A stretch of 64,000 nucleotides of DNA from a virus. A program made the translations under genes and the position numbers. The DNA lies in IMG/VR virus record IMGVR_UViG_3300046167_000883, positions 49,712 through 113,711 of that record; one strand, written 5' to 3'. Shown here in pieces: positions 59,721 through 64,000 of this stretch. Position 1 is the first letter of the stretch, and each line of letters begins with the position of its first letter. Below the pieces are notes generated by a model. That model ran no database searches and was not told where the DNA came from. It was given only the letters and a program-made list of their open reading frames with translations.

Positions 59721-62700
59721 TTACGCTTTAATTTCTAAGTCTAAATTAGACAAATCGCCGCTAACTAGTTTACCAGATACAGAATTATCATCTACGAGGT
59801 CAGATGAAAATTTTAATAAATTTTCTGTATTCTTGGCGAAAGGATTAGAACAAAAATAAATATTATTAGAATAACTATTATTGTTGAAAGGAATCATAAA
59901 TCTTCCAGAAAACTGCCCCAGGAATAAATCTACCACACAATCGTCTTCGTTTGGTGTCCCACCAATCTTTAAAACAAGATCTTTTTGGGGAACATTGAAA
60001 ATTTGGGAAAACACGAATTCACCACTTATGTTTTGGGAATTATTTAAAAACAAAGTATTGTATATTATTTCTGAGTAACTATCGGAAACTTCTGGCTCTG
60101 GAAAGTTTATTTGTCCAGAGAACCCAGTATATAAAACACCAGATCCAAAACAATCATAAGGGATTAATTTATAGCAAACTTTACCAGTTGTTTGGTGTCC
60201 GAATTCAACTTCATTATTTAATTGAGGATGAAATGGTTTTGTAACCAAAAAGCTTTCTGGGCTAATTTCAAAATCTTGATTAGCTCCGCTGTATATGGAA
60301 ATTTTCTCTAAATTTTTAAAATTCTCTGTTTCAATATTTAATCTAAAGTTATAATTGTTATTGAGTATTTGAACCGAATTTATTTTTGGCGCAGAATGAT
60401 TGATTATTATCTCTGGAGACGGATAAATATTGCCATTAGAATCTTCTAAATAGCTTTGAATCGTAAAAGTTCTTTCGGCTGATCCAAATATTTGATCTCT
60501 TTCATCTTTTGTTATAGAAACGGGTAATTCTGGTATATCAAAACTGTGACCAGTAGAACCTTGTAACAAGTTCATTTTGATATGATTTTTGTTTTCATAA
60601 GGAAGTCCGTAATTGTTTACATAATTTAAGTCGATAAGTATATCTTTACCAAAATTTTCAATCGAAGAAATATTCGATACTTCGTTATAATTTTCGCCAT
60701 TTATCTTAACGGAATTCAAAAATGGATTTTCGTAGACAAGTTGTCTTGGGGGTTTTTCAAATGTTTTTTCTAGCGTTTTACTTGATTCAGGATTAAGCAT
60801 TGAAGTAACTTCAATTTTATATTCTCCAGCGCCAATTAAATTTTTAAATTCAAAATAGGTTTCGGGCGGAGATAACGTAGAATCTTTTTCAAACTCTTGG
60901 AAGAAGTACATACCATTTGGTTTGGTGACCGATACTCTATATTTTTCCTCTATGCCGCCTACTTCACCAGTTATAGTACCGCTTAAATTAATACTATACA
61001 TGTTGTTTTCTCCAGTAGAAAACGAAAAACCTTGCGGCTCTGGCGGTCTATTTATAATATTTGCGGGAAGACCTATATGGGGTAGATTGTAATATTCATT
61101 ATTTTCAAGACCCTCTCCCTCTTCTATGATTTTATATTTTACTGGATTGTATTCTTTTGCCACAATCTCGTAGAGATTATTTTCGTTTGGAATAATCGAC
61201 ATAACCCTGTACAAATTCTCTGGTGCGCCAGTTATGCGCACGTTACACATTTGCCCTAGTTTGGCTTGACCTAATCTATAAATATCTTCATGATTTTCGT
61301 TAAGTAGTAGTTCGATATGATTTGTGCCTTGGTTTATTCCAGTAATATCTACATTTATAATTTGCGGCGCTTCATAACCAGATAAAACTGAATCTGTGAT
61401 AGAAAGGTCGTGAAAATTTATTCCAGTATATAAATCATTTAAAGATGTTTGGCCTGTTGGTGTCGATATATAAACACCCTCTCCAGTGGCAATTGCCCCT
61501 GTGTTAATAGTATTTTCTATTTTAATTGAATTGTTTAATGTATCCACCTCTAGAAGTCGAGCCGAATCTCTTTGGAAGCTTTTTAATTCGTCATTGATTT
61601 GAATTATGTCCCCAGGTTCGACTATTATACTTTGTTGCGATGCTTGGAACTGGACACCCTCAGTCTCTAATTTGTTACTGTATAAAATATGTTTTGCGTA
61701 ACGTCTAGCTTGCGATCTTGACGTAATTCCTCTAGCCCCTTCTTTGTATTTTATGATACCTTTTTTTCTAATATCTTCTTCGTCTTCTACATATTCAACC
61801 TTAGTCTTAAAATCATCGGTTTTATCTTTATATTCAATTTCGACAAAATTAAATCTATTATTTTTGTTCATATCGGAATATGAGAAAACTCCATCAAAAA
61901 CATTAGAATTGTCAAAGGTTGCTGAGACATCTTCTGGTTTATCTGCAAAGAAATTTATTGATCCATTTTTCCAATAAGCTACTCCGTGAAACATATTGGA
62001 AATAGCATTAACAAAATCAAAACCATTAAAAGATTCTTCAAATAACATATTGCAAGAATATCTTGGCTCTAAGCCACCAGCATTAGTTGATAATCCAGAA
62101 AAATAACCACTTGAATCTACAGCATCACAATACCTACCAATTTGGTAAAGTTTAAAAATATCTATATCCTCTATATCATCTTGATAATCTCCAAGGCCGT
62201 AAGAGTTATTCGTTAAAATGTCATACAAAACCCAAGCTGGGTTATCGGTCCAATCCTCTTTGAATGAACCGTCCCAGTCTCCGCTGTAAATTAATTCTTT
62301 TGTGTCTGATTCTTTTTGCAAGAATCTTTTATCAAGCCCATTAGAATGAATAGGGTAATAGTTTGATGGTATTTTGCATTTTTTTAAACGAAGATCATAT
62401 GTTCGTTTTGGTGGGTCTGTAAAACTTTTGGAATCAAAGTAAACTGCGGCAAGCGCTGAATTAGGATATGTAAAATTAGAATCTATAATTTCATTGAACG
62501 CTCTCGTCCTTGCTTGTCTAGAGATTAGAATAGATTCTGTTTCATATGTTGTTTTTCTTACTAAGACGTATCTTTTGTGGTTTCTTTTTAAATAGGATAA
62601 ACTTTTATCGGGATAATTTGCTTTAATTTCAGAATATTTTGGCAAATCTACAGTAAGTAAATTAGTTATGAAAGGTGAACTTGGATCAACCATGCCGTCA

Positions 62701-64000
62701 ATTCTTCTTGGATAGGTGTTGGTTTTCTCTAGGCCATCAAATCCAACCTCAATTTCGAAATTAATAAAACTAGGCAAAATAGAATTACTATTGTGGTCAA
62801 CATCTTGGAGTGCAGCTATTTCAATAATACACTCGACTTTGACTACCTCATCTCTATCTACAATATACTTATAATTAATTTCATCTTCATCTACTGGAAG
62901 TTCATTCGTCCAATCTGAATAATTTACAGTTTCAGTTCCTATTACTTTTATTGGGAAATAAGGGTTTGAACTGTAACCGTAAATGTCATAAGTTCTAATA
63001 TCGGTACTTCCATTTCCCTCTTGAGCATCGCCACCAGATTTAAAAGGTCCAAACAAATCAGAAACAACTTTGTTTTCTGTTTTGCTTTCAGAGAAAGATT
63101 GTATTTTTGTTTGAACTTCTTCCCCGTTTCTAAATTCAGCATAAACATCATTATAATTATACGAAGTTTGGGACAATTCATATAAATCTCTGGTCGCCAT
63201 TTCGCCAGCTATAGAACAATCTACAATACCATCTATTTTTTGTTCAAACATGTCGTGGACGTATGTGTGTTCATATACACTTCTTAAACCAAAATTAAAA
63301 TTATCAGAATTCCTTAATTCGTTTCTTGATACAATATCAAAAATTTCTGAATCTATAGCGCCACTTACTAGATTTCTTAATTCACTTATGTCCATGCCAT
63401 AATAATCCTGCGCCCAATAATTATATATTGTATTCCAAATCGTCTCGGTGTCTCTTTCCGCAAAGCTTTTTGTGGGTAGGCAAACATCTCCATTAGAATT
63501 TGTGCAAAATTGTCCATTCTTAATAATTTTTGGACATACAGTTGATGAAAGAAGACGCTCTCTCTTATTACGAAGATTTGTAAAATTAGCCTGTCTGATT
63601 GTTTGTTGTGATCGATATGATGGTGTAGCTTGTTGGACTTCCAAGTGTTGTTGCCAAACATTTATATCCTGAAATTGCAGATATCGTTTTGGATTTATAT
63701 TTTGATATGCTGTTTGAAAGAAAGGAGAAAGGTTTTCATTGTGATACGAAAATTCATTGGCTTGGATTGAACTATAATTTTTTGACCCATTGTAATAAAT
63801 AGGGTTTTGATTATAAACACATTTGACTGTGGCGTCCCCAAGGATTGGCACAACCTTTCCACTCACATAGGCCTCCATTGTCAAAAAATCATTTAAATAG
63901 CCTGTTTGGAGTATACGAGGACGAATATCATTAGTATTATAGGGATACCACTTCATAATACTCCAGTGTTGAGAATCGCCATAATATGGGGTGAAAGTAG
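59721..64000 (-). CDS. second gpJ-like tail tip protein, 5' end beyond window
   Basis: YPNSAL, WDGSFKEDWTDNPAWVLYDIL, EPRYSCN, SQARR; frame is open from 63956 to the window edge. Confidence 0.88.
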   Translation of the reverse strand, partial: TFTPYYGDSQHWSIMKWYPYNTNDIRPRILQTGYLNDFLTMEAYVSGKVVPILGDATVKCVYNQNPIYYNGSKNYSSIQANEFSYHNENLSPFFQTAYQNINPKRYLQFQDINVWQQHLEVQQATPSYRSQQTIRQANFTNLRNKRERLLSSTVCPKIIKNGQFCTNSNGDVCLPTKSFAERDTETIWNTIYNYWAQDYYGMDISELRNLVSGAIDSEIFDIVSRNELRNSDNFNFGLRSVYEHTYVHDMFEQKIDGIVDCSIAGEMATRDLYELSQTSYNYNDVYAEFRNGEEVQTKIQSFSESKTENKVVSDLFGPFKSGGDAQEGNGSTDIRTYDIYGYSSNPYFPIKVIGTETVNYSDWTNELPVDEDEINYKYIVDRDEVVKVECIIEIAALQDVDHNSNSILPSFINFEIEVGFDGLEKTNTYPRRIDGMVDPSSPFITNLLTVDLPKYSEIKANYPDKSLSYLKRNHKRYVLVRKTTYETESILISRQARTRAFNEIIDSNFTYPNSALAAVYFDSKSFTDPPKRTYDLRLKKCKIPSNYYPIHSNGLDKRFLQKESDTKELIYSGDWDGSFKEDWTDNPAWVLYDILTNNSYGLGDYQDDIEDIDIFKLYQIGRYCDAVDSSGYFSGLSTNAGGLEPRYSCNMLFEESFNGFDFVNAISNMFHGVAYWKNGSINFFADKPEDVSATFDNSNVFDGVFSYSDMNKNNRFNFVEIEYKDKTDDFKTKVEYVEDEEDIRKKGIIKYKEGARGITSRSQARRYAKHILYSNKLETEGVQFQASQQSIIVEPGDIIQINDELKSFQRDSARLLEVDTLNNSIKIENTINTGAIATGEGVYISTPTGQTSLNDLYTGINFHDLSITDSVLSGYEAPQIINVDITGINQGTNHIELLLNENHEDIYRLGQAKLGQMCNVRITGAPENLYRVMSIIPNENNLYEIVAKEYNPVKYKIIEEGEGLENNEYYNLPHIGLPANIINRPPEPQGFSFSTGENNMYSINLSGTITGEVGGIEEKYRVSVTKPNGMYFFQEFEKDSTLSPPETYFEFKNLIGAGEYKIEVTSMLNPESSKTLEKTFEKPPRQLVYENPFLNSVKINGENYNEVSNISSIENFGKDILIDLNYVNNYGLPYENKNHIKMNLLQGSTGHSFDIPELPVSITKDERDQIFGSAERTFTIQSYLEDSNGNIYPSPEIIINHSAPKINSVQILNNNYNFRLNIETENFKNLEKISIYSGANQDFEISPESFLVTKPFHPQLNNEVEFGHQTTGKVCYKLIPYDCFGSGVLYTGFSGQINFPEPEVSDSYSEIIYNTLFLNNSQNISGEFVFSQIFNVPQKDLVLKIGGTPNEDDCVVDLFLGQFSGRFMIPFNNNSYSNNIYFCSNPFAKNTENLLKFSSDLVDDNSVSGKLVSGDLSNLDLEIKA

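Noticed and set aside
1-64000. Stop-codon reassignment
   Set aside because: Long genes are open in the standard code, all three stops end genes, and no suppressor tRNA is seen; only one isolated in-frame TAA

Overview
This is a 64 kb fragment of a large, AT-rich tailed dsDNA phage genome (Caudoviricetes). No sheath gene is seen and the tip proteins are lambda-J-like. It has four blocks. (i) 1-26.6 kb, morphogenesis: neck and tail genes, four tail-tube-like paralogs, major capsid, decoration protein, protease/scaffold, portal, large terminase, a phage sigma factor and PhoH. (ii) 26.6-28.5 kb, an RNA island: an unassigned ~340-nt structured RNA, tRNA(CAT), tRNA-Arg(TCT) and two HNH nucleases. 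(iii) 28.7-52.6 kb, early/accessory small genes (GP88-like, DUF932, RuvB-like, sulfotransferase, rIIA/rIIB, MazG-like, a PEP-CTERM protein), the first part punctuated by five copies of a 77-bp double-palindrome element. (iv) 53.9-64 kb, two tandem gpJ-like tail-tip genes. Main observations: a ~2,000-aa tail-tube paralog whose four GH54/LamG-like domains appear nested inside one another (four N-halves, then four C-halves) and which carries a C-type lectin; the fixed-geometry IHF-like palindrome array with adjacent sigma54-type sites; the pseudoknotted ncRNA candidate; two promoter classes at fixed short distances from ATG (leaderless-type); an MraZ-operator-like repeat; and a phage PEP-CTERM protein, which suggests an exosortase-bearing, possibly Verrucomicrobiota, host (inference). 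About a dozen genes are broken by apparent single-base insertions, most likely sequencing/assembly errors. All family calls come from motif recognition by eye, not database searches.
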